From a virus: 36,214 nt of DNA. A program made the translations under genes and the position numbers. The notes beneath the pieces are model-generated. The model was not told the DNA's origin and ran no database searches. It saw only the letters and a program-made list of their open reading frames with translations. Shown piece after piece: positions 15,841 through 24,516 of the stretch. Within the stretch, counting starts at the first letter, position 1; each line of letters begins with the position of its first letter. Location: positions 1 through 36,214 of the IMG/VR virus record IMGVR_UViG_3300046822_000108; one strand, 5' to 3'.

Positions 15841-16406
15841 CGGGCGCACCGGATATCGATGATCAGATGGATACGATCCGTTGCGCTGTTGTTCACCACC
15901 TCGTGGTTCAGCGCATTGTTGAACCACCAGGTTTCGCCAGTGCCCATGTAGACGTGCTCTTCTTCGCAACGAAAATCAACACCAGGAGCGCTTTGCAGCA
16001 CGATGTGGTGGCGCTCGTAATATTCGGCATGCGCTGGTGAATCGGCGTGAGGAAAGATGCAGCCGCCAGGGGCCACTCGATTGATGATCACCCGCCCAAG
16101 CCGCGTGCCGCCAACATAGGACATCAAGGCCATCACCAACGGGCGCGCTTCGGGGAGCGCCGCGTAGGACGGTGTATCGAGGCTTTCATGCTCATCATTG
16201 TTGACGAGGTGTTGCTCGACCTCTTCGGCAGTGGCGACAATGATTCGCTTGGGGAACCGTAGGATGATTGAGTCCACTTGACCGAACGGCCCCTGTGGAT
16301 AATCACGAAGATATGTGTCTTCTCGCCACAGCTCCGGCCTGCGGGCAATCGCTGCCAGAAGCGGCACCACGTCCGTGCCTTGGCCGATCCTCAGGAAGTT
16401 ACGCAT
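15837..16406 (-). CDS. Aspartyl/asparaginyl beta-hydroxylase-like cupin (Fe(II)/2OG oxygenase fold)
   Basis: 189 aa. GGCIFPHADSP (HxD) ... GETWWFNNALNHEVVNNSATDRIHLIIDI gives an HxD...H facial triad, the pattern of the Asp/Arg hydroxylase (LpxO-type) family. Confidence 0.7.
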   Translation of the reverse strand: MRNFLRIGQGTDVVPLLAAIARRPELWREDTYLRDYPQGPFGQVDSIILRFPKRIIVATAEEVEQHLVNNDEHESLDTPSYAALPEARPLVMALMSYVGGTRLGRVIINRVAPGGCIFPHADSPAHAEYYERHHIVLQSAPGVDFRCEEEHVYMGTGETWWFNNALNHEVVNNSATDRIHLIIDIRCAR

Positions 16407-16408
16407 GG

Positions 16409-16747
16409 TCAGTTGTCCTGTACGAATTCAACGCCGCTGACGTTGAGGGTTGTGCCGAGGCCAAGGGCGTACAGCTGCGTGCCAGGCTCCAGCTTGTGGT
16501 TGATGGCGTCGTTCAGCGATCCCACTTGGCCCGCCGAGAGCACACGCGACGCGATCAATTGCGGGTTACCGGCAGAGCCGCCGGCGGCCACCTTGTAAAG
16601 GCTCACCGTTACCGGCGCGGCCGTAGGGTTGAAGGCCGTCACGGCATGGATGGCCGAATAGGTCAGCAGCGGAGCGACATAAAGCGCAGTCGAGGCCGCA
16701 GCCGTCAGCGTCTGGGCTGCGACCATCTCGCGATATTTGGTTGTCAT
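16409..16747 (-). CDS. Hypothetical virion-module protein (112 aa)
   Basis: ATGA coupling with the upstream gene. High GC3. Confidence 0.5.
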   Translation of the reverse strand: MTTKYREMVAAQTLTAAASTALYVAPLLTYSAIHAVTAFNPTAAPVTVSLYKVAAGGSAGNPQLIASRVLSAGQVGSLNDAINHKLEPGTQLYALGLGTTLNVSGVEFVQDN

Positions 16748-17634
16748 GGTTTCTCCAGCAGGATGGTGGCGTTCTTGGCGGTTGCGATGTTGCTAGCGTT
16801 CGCCTGGCTCCAGTTCCAGCCAATGCTCAGCGTGTTGGCTACGGTGGTATTGATCGTTGCGGCAGTGCTACCAACGATCGGGCCGCCGCTCAGTGCATTG
16901 AGGTTCGATGTCATCAGGGATGAAATCTGTGATGCGGCAGCAGCTCCCGCTGCCCGGATTGTCATGCCGGCGGTGTAGATGATCCCGGTGTTCGTCTGAC
17001 CCAGGGCTGGTAGCGTGAAGGTCTGGGTCATGACCTTGGTCGCTCCGACCTTGATCCAAACCGACAGCGTTCCCGATGTGGCCGCCGAGGAGATCAGGCC
17101 GTACAGGCGAAAGCTCAGCGATGTGCCGGCCACCATGGAGTTCGCTGGCATGACCAGCGAAAGAATCGCGCCGTCAGCCGTGCTGTTCTGGGTAACCACG
17201 TCGGCAATCAGCGACGAAGGACCTACAGCGGGTAGAACGACGGCATCGAGCCGCGCCTTATCTGTTGCGGACATGAACCCCGCCAGCAATTGGGTGGCCG
17301 CCTGGTGAAGCTCTGCATCGTTCTGGTTCCCGTGGGACGGAATGCGGTCCAACGGGTTTTCGCGCTGCCAGATCAGGCGCGGGGCCAAGCCCTCAGGCAA
17401 TTCCTGTCGTGGGGCCAGTTTGGGTACCCGGGCGTTTCCCTGGGCGTCCAGGCTGGTGATTTCTTTGGCGAATAGCGCGATCAGCACAGCAATCTCACCT
17501 AGATCCACCCCCGCCGTGCCGCCCGTACGCGCCAGCAAAGTGGTAAAGAATCGCCACCAGACCTCGCTGATGTTGCCGTTTCCATCAATGATTGGGGTCC
17601 CATAAGCGGGAATGTTGTTAGCGATATCGCTCAT
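16744..17634 (-). CDS. Tail needle/fibre-like protein
   Basis: ATG at 17634 (ATGA overlap). N-terminus PIIDGNGNISEVWWRFFTTLL and AATQLLAGFMSATDKARLD resemble fibre motifs. Occupies the P22 gp26 slot after the gp10-like gene. Confidence 0.5.
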   Translation of the reverse strand: MSDIANNIPAYGTPIIDGNGNISEVWWRFFTTLLARTGGTAGVDLGEIAVLIALFAKEITSLDAQGNARVPKLAPRQELPEGLAPRLIWQRENPLDRIPSHGNQNDAELHQAATQLLAGFMSATDKARLDAVVLPAVGPSSLIADVVTQNSTADGAILSLVMPANSMVAGTSLSFRLYGLISSAATSGTLSVWIKVGATKVMTQTFTLPALGQTNTGIIYTAGMTIRAAGAAAASQISSLMTSNLNALSGGPIVGSTAATINTTVANTLSIGWNWSQANASNIATAKNATILLEKP

Positions 17635-19052
17635 CTGGCACCTGGCGCGGCATCGATATAAGCCCCGTTCAACGCGATCTGTGCAGCAACAGACCACGAG
17701 ATTTCGAACACTCGATCACGCGCCATGCCCAAGCGGTGCCAACGCGCAATGCCTTGGTATTGCCCACGAAACCCGGTGGTGGTGGATATCGACGTGGACC
17801 ACGACAGCCCCTTGCTATCGCTCCAGCGAAGGCGAATTTCAGGTGCGGCGGCAGGCTCAAGGCTTGATGGCTGACCTGCCTCCATATCCGCCTGGAACAT
17901 CAGGTAGCTGACGCGGTTCCCGTCGTCCACCATGTGGGGAAAGGATCGAATCCGGCGGATCTCTTCGCCGGCGTCGGTGTATTCATCAAGGCGCAGCTCA
18001 TAAAGGCGCCCGTCCTGGTAATCGCCAACCACATGGCGCTTGTTCCAGAAGGCGAAACAGTTAGAGCGATGGCGTTCAAGCTTCCCACTGGCATTGAGAA
18101 AACCCAGCTCGTGCCATTCGTTGGTGGCGATGTCGAAAACCCACGTCTTGTTGGCGGTCGGGAAATTCAACACGTACCAGACATGGCCGCTCATTTGATG
18201 GATATAGCCAATGGCGTCATCGATCCTGGAGTAGCCCTGAATTTCGTTCTCGATCGCAAAGGTGCTGATGCGCTCGCGGTCGTAGTTCATGGTACGCAGC
18301 ACAATGCATTCGCCCTGCGGGGAGCGACTCACCCAATACAGCGAGCCATCCGACTCGCACAGGCTGTCAGCGGCAGCGCAGCCGAACTGGATAAAGGCTC
18401 CGGGAATGCGGGAGAAAGTGAAGTCCGTGCCGCCGGTGTTGGTCCATATCTCAGTGGTCCATTCGCCGAACAGGAAGAGGTTGCGACGGGTAACCCCAAC
18501 GCACACCAGCTTGTCGGCCGACCCGGTCTTGGATGCAAAGTCCAGGGCATCGAAATCAACCTGGTTCAGCAGGCTGATGTACCACTGATTCGTGCCTGGG
18601 CGGTTCATCACTAGATAGCCGTCGACCTCGGCAAGACGCGTCGAACCATAGAAGGCATCGTTGGTCACGGGGGCAAACGAAAGGTCACTCAGCGTGATCG
18701 TGTAGCCCGCAGTGGTGCCATCGACGATCAGGATCTGGTTACCGTTGTCGATCATGTAGCACTGGCCAGACTGCGATGCGGTCGCGCCCAATGTGGCAGT
18801 GGTGAGGTCGGCGTTGATGAGCAGCACAGAAGTCCCGCAAACGCCGAAAAGCCGCCCATCGGTTGCGGTATATAGGCAGCGCCACGGCCCTTTTGGAGCC
18901 GTGAGTAGCAGGCGCAGTCCCGGCGTCTGGTAGTGAGTGGATGGGAAAGCCTCGCCTTGGGGGTTTTTCTCCACATACAGGTTCACGCATCGCTGCGCGG
19001 CTGCAATGGCGCTGCGCGACTGGTACGCGCCACCGAGTAATGGAACCTTCAT
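17631..19052 (-). CDS. P22 gp10-like tail hub / packaged-DNA stabilisation protein
   Basis: 473 aa from the ATG at 19052 (P22 gp10 is 472 aa). MKVPLLGGAYQSRSAIAAAQRCVNLYVE and FLFGEWTTEIWTNTGG resemble gp10-family blocks. Synteny after the gp4-like gene. Confidence 0.6.
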   Translation of the reverse strand: MKVPLLGGAYQSRSAIAAAQRCVNLYVEKNPQGEAFPSTHYQTPGLRLLLTAPKGPWRCLYTATDGRLFGVCGTSVLLINADLTTATLGATASQSGQCYMIDNGNQILIVDGTTAGYTITLSDLSFAPVTNDAFYGSTRLAEVDGYLVMNRPGTNQWYISLLNQVDFDALDFASKTGSADKLVCVGVTRRNLFLFGEWTTEIWTNTGGTDFTFSRIPGAFIQFGCAAADSLCESDGSLYWVSRSPQGECIVLRTMNYDRERISTFAIENEIQGYSRIDDAIGYIHQMSGHVWYVLNFPTANKTWVFDIATNEWHELGFLNASGKLERHRSNCFAFWNKRHVVGDYQDGRLYELRLDEYTDAGEEIRRIRSFPHMVDDGNRVSYLMFQADMEAGQPSSLEPAAAPEIRLRWSDSKGLSWSTSISTTTGFRGQYQGIARWHRLGMARDRVFEISWSVAAQIALNGAYIDAAPGAR

Positions 19053-19053
19053 G

Positions 19054-19755
19054 TCAGTTATCCGAATACGGGTTGTAGTTGGCCCGACCCACAACTGCCG
19101 CCGGCATATACAGCTTGCCCACCTGGGTGTTGGCCTGGCGCAGCGTGCCCAGGGCGGCGGTGGCAAGGGCAATGGTCACGGGGTCGACCGGGCGCCCGTA
19201 CATCGAATAGAGCCGGCCGGCCAGGTTGTACATCAGGGCTTCCATGTACTCCGCCGGCAGGTTGATATCGTCGTAGGGGGTCGCGAACTGGGTTAGCGGC
19301 GCCAGCATCAGCAGGTGCAGCTCATAGCCGACAGTCGCGATGGGCCAGACGTGGAGCACGCCCAGCGGGTATTGAGGGTCGTAATAGACCAAGGAAGGCA
19401 TGGAACTGATGGTCTTGGTCGAGACCCTGCCCCAATCCTTCTGGGACATCAGCAGCTCCAGGTCGTAATCGATCGGCACCGGGGCTAGCTGGCGGCAGTA
19501 AGCACCCATAACGCGCGGCGGCCGGGCCGTGTTGAAGTCGCCGCCGGCGCCCACGGTATAGGTCGCGGCGCCCGTAGACACGCACGCCACGTCGAAGATC
19601 TGGTGCACCAGGTTCTTCTTCACCGACCACTGCGCGAGCATCATGTTGAGGATCGCGAATGCATCCGCGATATCCTCAGCAGCAGCGGTCTGACCGACCC
19701 CGAGCACTCCTACCTGCTTGAGTGCGAGGTTGATAATTTCAACTGGGGTCGTCAT
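19054..19755 (-). CDS. P22 gp4-like head-to-tail adaptor
   Basis: N-terminus EIINLALKQVGVLGVGQTAAAEDIADAFAILNMMLAQW parallels P22 gp4 DLVRAALRKLGV...DAVDDLEAMMAEW. Confidence 0.6.
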   Translation of the reverse strand: MTTPVEIINLALKQVGVLGVGQTAAAEDIADAFAILNMMLAQWSVKKNLVHQIFDVACVSTGAATYTVGAGGDFNTARPPRVMGAYCRQLAPVPIDYDLELLMSQKDWGRVSTKTISSMPSLVYYDPQYPLGVLHVWPIATVGYELHLLMLAPLTQFATPYDDINLPAEYMEALMYNLAGRLYSMYGRPVDPVTIALATAALGTLRQANTQVGKLYMPAAVVGRANYNPYSDN

Positions 19756-19761
19756 CAGGGG

Positions 19762-20295
19762 TTACTCCTGACCGCCAGTGCCCAGGTCGGTGTCCTTCGG
19801 CATGGCTGCCGGGGTCGACGACTTGGCAGCGACGAAGGCGTCGATTGCCGCTTGGATGGTCTTGGAGCCCGAGGCGTGATGCACCTCAACCCCCATTTCC
19901 TTGGCTTGGGCGAGGAGCGCCTTGCGCGCTTCTTCGCTGTCGACCATGACCAGGTTGTCTTGCGGGCCGACCGGACGGCCGACTTCGATTTGTGGAATGG
20001 CGCCGATCAGGCCGCGGTTTCCCTTGGCAGTGAAGGCCTTGAAGAACAGGGCTTTCACCTCGTCCGACTCTTCGGTCAGATCCTCGGCCGCAAGAAACTC
20101 CTGGAAAGCCTGTTCATCGGTGACCACCGGCACATCGGCGGCCGGCGCCACGGCGTTGACCGCGGGATCGACCTCGGTGGTGCCGTTCTTGTGCGGTTCA
20201 TCCTTCCAGCCGCTGCCCAATGCCGATTCTTCATCAGCGTTTTGCACGATGGTGGCCGGGCTGGTCTTGTGAAACTTCCACTTTGGGAATTCCAT
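19762..20295 (-). CDS. Hypothetical acidic protein downstream of coat (possible head accessory)
   Basis: ATG at 20295 preceded by AAGAGGA. 177 aa. Confidence 0.5.
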   Translation of the reverse strand: MEFPKWKFHKTSPATIVQNADEESALGSGWKDEPHKNGTTEVDPAVNAVAPAADVPVVTDEQAFQEFLAAEDLTEESDEVKALFFKAFTAKGNRGLIGAIPQIEVGRPVGPQDNLVMVDSEEARKALLAQAKEMGVEVHHASGSKTIQAAIDAFVAAKSSTPAAMPKDTDLGTGGQE

Positions 20296-20316
20296 GGTTT
20301 CGTCCTCTTGGATCAA

Positions 20317-20339
20317 CAAAAAAGGCCCCTAAGGGCCTT
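20317..20339 (-). terminator. Rho-independent terminator/attenuator after the coat gene
   Basis: Minus strand reads AAGGCCC-ttag-GGGCCTT followed by TTTTGTTG. Confidence 0.65.
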
Positions 20340-20355
20340 GAGTTGGTGGTGCGAG

Positions 20356-21579
20356 TTACATCACGTCTGCGACAGCAACGCCCCACTCTGGGCGGATGTT
20401 GGCCCAGCCATACAGCACGTCGAAACGGCTGATGAAGTTGTCGTTGGTGATGTCGTAGCCGGTGATAAAGCGCATCGACACGCCGTCGAAGGTCTCGCGG
20501 TAAGCTTCGTGAACGCCTTTAGGCAGCTCCAGGTCGGCGGTGGCCAGGGTGATCGCCATCGGATCCATGGCGAAGTTCTTGCGGAACGTGATGCCAGCAC
20601 CACCGACCAGGGTGATCAGCGCGCCAGCTGCAGGAGACGCGGTGACGGTGCCGTATGCCACGGTACCTGGGGTGATCGCCGGGTAGATCGGGATTGCAGT
20701 TGCGCCGGCGGCCACGTTGGCGGTCACCACGAACTGGCGCAGCTCGCCGGTGGACTGCTTGGTCACCGGATTCACGCCGAATACGCCAGCAATGACGATC
20801 ACGTCGCCCTTGTTGAAAGTGCCAGTGATCGCGGCGGTGGTCAGGGCCGAACCGGTTTGGCCAGCACCAGCAACCGCGCCGGCGCTGTAGGTACCGTTGG
20901 TGTGCTTGATGACGGTCTGATCGACGCCCCAATCCAGGCCCAGGGTATCCATGCCCATTTCGCCGGTCTTGTATTGCCCGCTGACCTTGTCGCTGGAGTT
21001 GAACAGGCCTTTGAGGCTGTCGACTGTGCGCGCCTGGGTTCGCGGATCAAGGATGGCCTTGCGGTTGCCCTTGGAGTTGACGCGAGGCGTTGCCGTCATA
21101 TCCAGCAGTGCACCGGCATCCAACCAGGTGCTGGAAGTTGGGGTAACGATGGTACCCGAGCTGTCGACGGTGTTGCGGCCCTGGAACGTCAGGTTACTGA
21201 ACGCATCCACCGACTGCATCACGTTGGTGGCGATGGTACCGGCCAGAGCGTTCATGGCCGGGAGCAAGCAACGGGTGCTGAAGTCGTCCAGAGAGAGCGC
21301 ACGCTCAGCGGAACTGAACGAAAGGTCAACGCCCTGCTGGGTGCCGACAGCCAATGGCACGCTACGCTCGATGGTGTCCTGCGGCGTCGCTACCTTACCG
21401 GTACGCACGGTGTAATCGTTCGGCAGACGGATGCGCAGGGTGTCGCCAATCTTCGCGCCTTTCTGGGCGAAGCTGTCGTCGTACTGCGTGTCCACGTTGC
21501 GCAGGAACAGGTTGGTGTTGCGGAAGAGGCGCAATGCCTCCCGAGTGATCATGCTGGGGGTAAGAAGGGCGTTTGCCAT
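20356..21579 (-). CDS. Major capsid protein, P22 coat (gp5)-like
   Basis: 407 aa, RBS AAGGAAA. C-terminus RFDVLYGWANIRPEWGVAV parallels P22 CRIALWYGVNATRPEAIGV. Lies between the scaffold and adaptor genes. Confidence 0.8.
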   Translation of the reverse strand: MANALLTPSMITREALRLFRNTNLFLRNVDTQYDDSFAQKGAKIGDTLRIRLPNDYTVRTGKVATPQDTIERSVPLAVGTQQGVDLSFSSAERALSLDDFSTRCLLPAMNALAGTIATNVMQSVDAFSNLTFQGRNTVDSSGTIVTPTSSTWLDAGALLDMTATPRVNSKGNRKAILDPRTQARTVDSLKGLFNSSDKVSGQYKTGEMGMDTLGLDWGVDQTVIKHTNGTYSAGAVAGAGQTGSALTTAAITGTFNKGDVIVIAGVFGVNPVTKQSTGELRQFVVTANVAAGATAIPIYPAITPGTVAYGTVTASPAAGALITLVGGAGITFRKNFAMDPMAITLATADLELPKGVHEAYRETFDGVSMRFITGYDITNDNFISRFDVLYGWANIRPEWGVAVADVM

Positions 21580-21591
21580 GGTGCTATTTCC

Positions 21592-22350
21592 TTAAAATCG
21601 AGTAGTGGTGTTCTTGGCACGCCACTTCATCCACTCGTCCGTGGACATCTTCGACGGGTCAGTCTCGACTGTCAGAGAGCCATCAACGGGGCTGATTGGC
21701 GCAGGTGCTTTTGACACAGCCTTAGGGGCTGGCTGGCCTGCCTTGAGGGCGAGGCGCTCCAGCTCCCGGCCTTGCTGTAACGGGGGTAGCGACAGGATGC
21801 GCGCGGCTTCCTCGGGGTTTTTGCCCAAGGTGTAGAGGACCTTGTGAGCGTCATCCATACCGAGGATCGACTCCACCGAGTCCTGGCTAATGCCTAGGGC
21901 ATCCAGGGTCTGCACCGCAGTCTGGAAGTCCGGGAAAGCCTCGCCACCGATCTTTGCAACCGACTGGCCACGTTCGGCCATGGCCTGCTGCTGGGCGATC
22001 TGCTTGGCACGCTGGTTGACCATCTCGTCGATGTTTGGCTGTTGGCCTGGCACCTGAGGCTGGTCACCCTGTTCTCCGTTGCGCATCTGCTCAACCAGCA
22101 GGCGATACCGCTCTGCCTCGCCGGACTTCGTTTGCGCAGTGCGCTCCGCTTCATGTCGCTGCCGAGTCAGTTCATTGATCCGCTTCAACGCCCAGCCGTT
22201 GGGGTCCTTTCCTTCCTGCGATTGCTCGGCGGGTGTTTCAGTGGTCTGTGATTGCTCGGTTTCGCTGGTGGGCTGGTCCAGCTGTTGGTCGCCCGGCTGC
22301 GCCGTTTCAACGTCCTGTTGGGTGAGCTGCACCTGTTCTTCGTCTGCCAT
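21592..22350 (-). CDS. Scaffolding protein
   Basis: Acidic, Gln-rich helical protein between portal and coat. ATG at 22350 is preferred over the TTG at 22365. Confidence 0.65.
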   Translation of the reverse strand: MADEEQVQLTQQDVETAQPGDQQLDQPTSETEQSQTTETPAEQSQEGKDPNGWALKRINELTRQRHEAERTAQTKSGEAERYRLLVEQMRNGEQGDQPQVPGQQPNIDEMVNQRAKQIAQQQAMAERGQSVAKIGGEAFPDFQTAVQTLDALGISQDSVESILGMDDAHKVLYTLGKNPEEAARILSLPPLQQGRELERLALKAGQPAPKAVSKAPAPISPVDGSLTVETDPSKMSTDEWMKWRAKNTTTRF

Positions 22351-22398
22351 AGCCTTGGTATCCAAGTAGAAAGCACCGGGAGCCGCCCGGAGTCGGTG

Positions 22399-24513
22399 TT
22401 ACTGAATGGGGGGTTTCTGCGGCGCCATGGGCATTTGCCCAAGCGCTGGATTTGCCTGGGGCTGATCGAGTGGCGCTGGATCGGCAAGGGCTGCCGACAC
22501 AGCCTGGCCGGACAAGATCGCCGCCTGCACCGGGTCGAGCTTGTCGATAAGCGCCTGGAGCCGGTCGGTGGTGGCCTTGAAGGCGTTGATCTCGTTGGCC
22601 TTGTCCTTGTCGGAGGCCTTCTTGTCGTTGTCGGCGGCGGCCTGCATGGCGGCGGCCAGCTGTGCCTGGAGCTGTTGCACCTGCTGTTGCGCCTGTTGCG
22701 CAGCCTGCTGGGCCTGCTGGAGCTCGGGCGATGGGCCGTCGCCCTTGATGGCGTCGGGGATGCTGTTGGCGAACCGCTCGGCCAGCTCATCGGCCATCGG
22801 GAAGTCCGCGGCGCGCATGTACAGGTCGCCAGCGATACCGAGGAAGTTGGGGTTGCCGGCCGCGAGCGCGGTCATGGCGTCGAACGCCTCTTCACGCTTG
22901 CTGGTGTAGTTCGGGCCGCTGTCAGCAACCACTTCGTACTGGCCCATGGCGGGATTGAAAGCGCGATCGACACCCTCTGTACCGTCCTGCTTTGGTTGCT
23001 CGACCATCGGCTGCTGCTGGTTCGGATCGATCTTCACCGTGTCGTCGCTGCCATCCTCGGCAAGGATGCGGATCACGCGGGGCGTGTCATAGATCTTGGG
23101 AATGATGTCGATCAGGATCTTGCCGGTGTAGCGGATGGCTTTGGCCAGATTGTCCCGGTAATGCATGGTGGCGCGGTCGCCCTGCTTCTGGCGCTTCGTG
23201 ATGGCTATACCGGCGATCTCGTTGGACGGCGCTCCCATCAATGGATCGTTCTGCCCGGTCACCATCTTCATTTCTTCGGCAGAGGCCTGCATGCCGGCCA
23301 GATACGCCTGGCTCATCGACGGCGGCTCCTGGCGCTGTGGCGGCGTTACCGGCTGCCCATTGTCGTCAACGTCGTTGTACGGCAGATAACTGTGGTTCTC
23401 GGTGTTCGCGGTGTTCCAGTAGGCCTCATAGCCATCGATGGCACGGGCGCCGGCGATATAGGGCGATTTCGACTGGAGTGCAACGAACTCGACGGCCGAG
23501 CTTGACCAATAGTTGTACATGCGCTGCGGGTCTTTCAGGTTGCGCACATGGCCTTTGCGGTCGAGCTTGCCGTCGATGATCATCTCTTCACCAACCACGC
23601 GCACGATGGGTACCGTGGTGCCTGGCCATATGCTCTTGTCGATGACCTTGTCACCGGCCAGCAGGTACCACTCGACCTTCTGCACCTGGATCTGGCGGCG
23701 CTGCACAGTCTTGTCCTTCAGCACTGCCTTTGCGAGCTCGGCATTGGCCTCAACCAGCTCGGAATGCTTGACCATCGCGATGTGCTCGCCACCCACGCCA
23801 TCAGGGACCGGCATCGCTATCAGCCAGTCCTTGGTGTAGGTGATCCGGTAGTACTCGGCCACGCGGATGGTGTCTTCGTTGCACCAGTCGTCGCGGTCAC
23901 CACCCTTGCCATCACCAATGGTGTCCTTATGGTCGGGATACTTGCGATCGAAATCATCGCGCTTCATGTCATCTTTGATGAAGCCATACTTGGCGTCGCT
24001 GCCGTCGGCTTCCTTGATATCCGGGTCCAGGTACACCGACAGCGGGTTGCGGATGCGACGAACGAAAGCGTCCTGGTCGAACGAATCATTGCCTGAATAT
24101 TCAGTGACGATGCGCCAGTAACCAATGCCTCCCTTGACCTGGAATTCCAGCGCGGTGTCGTAGGCGTCGGTGGCATTGGATTGATACTCGATGTGCCGGA
24201 TCACGCCTTCATAGACCTGAGCCGACTCGTAGCTGGCATCACCACCCACAGCGCTGACGCGCACCTGGGGCTTATTTTCCTTGGCCTCGTTGATGACCAT
24301 CAGGGCGTGCTGGCGGGTCTTGTTGATCGTAAGGCACGGCCGGGCGTCCTCGGTGCGCTGCTTCATCATCGCCTCGGGCCACTGGTACCCATTATCAGAG
24401 TCCGCGTTGACGAACTTCAGGTCGTCCGTGAACAGCTTGCGGAAGTCTCCCTCGAAATCCTCACAGCGCTGAAACCGAGCCTTCGCCTCGGTGATGATTT
24501 CGTCGTCTTTCAC
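22399..24513 (-). CDS. Portal protein, P22 gp1-like with C-terminal helical barrel
   Basis: 704 aa, GTG start. N-terminus AKARFQRCEDFEGDFRKLFTDDLKFVNADSDNGYQW. C-terminal ELQQAQQAAQQAQQQVQQLQAQLAAAMQ is a coiled coil like the P22 barrel. Confidence 0.85.
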   Translation of the reverse strand: MKDDEIITEAKARFQRCEDFEGDFRKLFTDDLKFVNADSDNGYQWPEAMMKQRTEDARPCLTINKTRQHALMVINEAKENKPQVRVSAVGGDASYESAQVYEGVIRHIEYQSNATDAYDTALEFQVKGGIGYWRIVTEYSGNDSFDQDAFVRRIRNPLSVYLDPDIKEADGSDAKYGFIKDDMKRDDFDRKYPDHKDTIGDGKGGDRDDWCNEDTIRVAEYYRITYTKDWLIAMPVPDGVGGEHIAMVKHSELVEANAELAKAVLKDKTVQRRQIQVQKVEWYLLAGDKVIDKSIWPGTTVPIVRVVGEEMIIDGKLDRKGHVRNLKDPQRMYNYWSSSAVEFVALQSKSPYIAGARAIDGYEAYWNTANTENHSYLPYNDVDDNGQPVTPPQRQEPPSMSQAYLAGMQASAEEMKMVTGQNDPLMGAPSNEIAGIAITKRQKQGDRATMHYRDNLAKAIRYTGKILIDIIPKIYDTPRVIRILAEDGSDDTVKIDPNQQQPMVEQPKQDGTEGVDRAFNPAMGQYEVVADSGPNYTSKREEAFDAMTALAAGNPNFLGIAGDLYMRAADFPMADELAERFANSIPDAIKGDGPSPELQQAQQAAQQAQQQVQQLQAQLAAAMQAAADNDKKASDKDKANEINAFKATTDRLQALIDKLDPVQAAILSGQAVSAALADPAPLDQPQANPALGQMPMAPQKPPIQ

Positions 24514-24516
24514 GGG

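Noticed and set aside
19603-21714. A 703-aa plus-strand ORF, the longest ORF on that strand.
   Set aside because: It lies antisense to the well-supported P22-type coat and scaffold genes and has Arg/Gly/His/Leu-rich low-complexity composition with no motif. Long stop-free antisense frames are expected in high-GC DNA.
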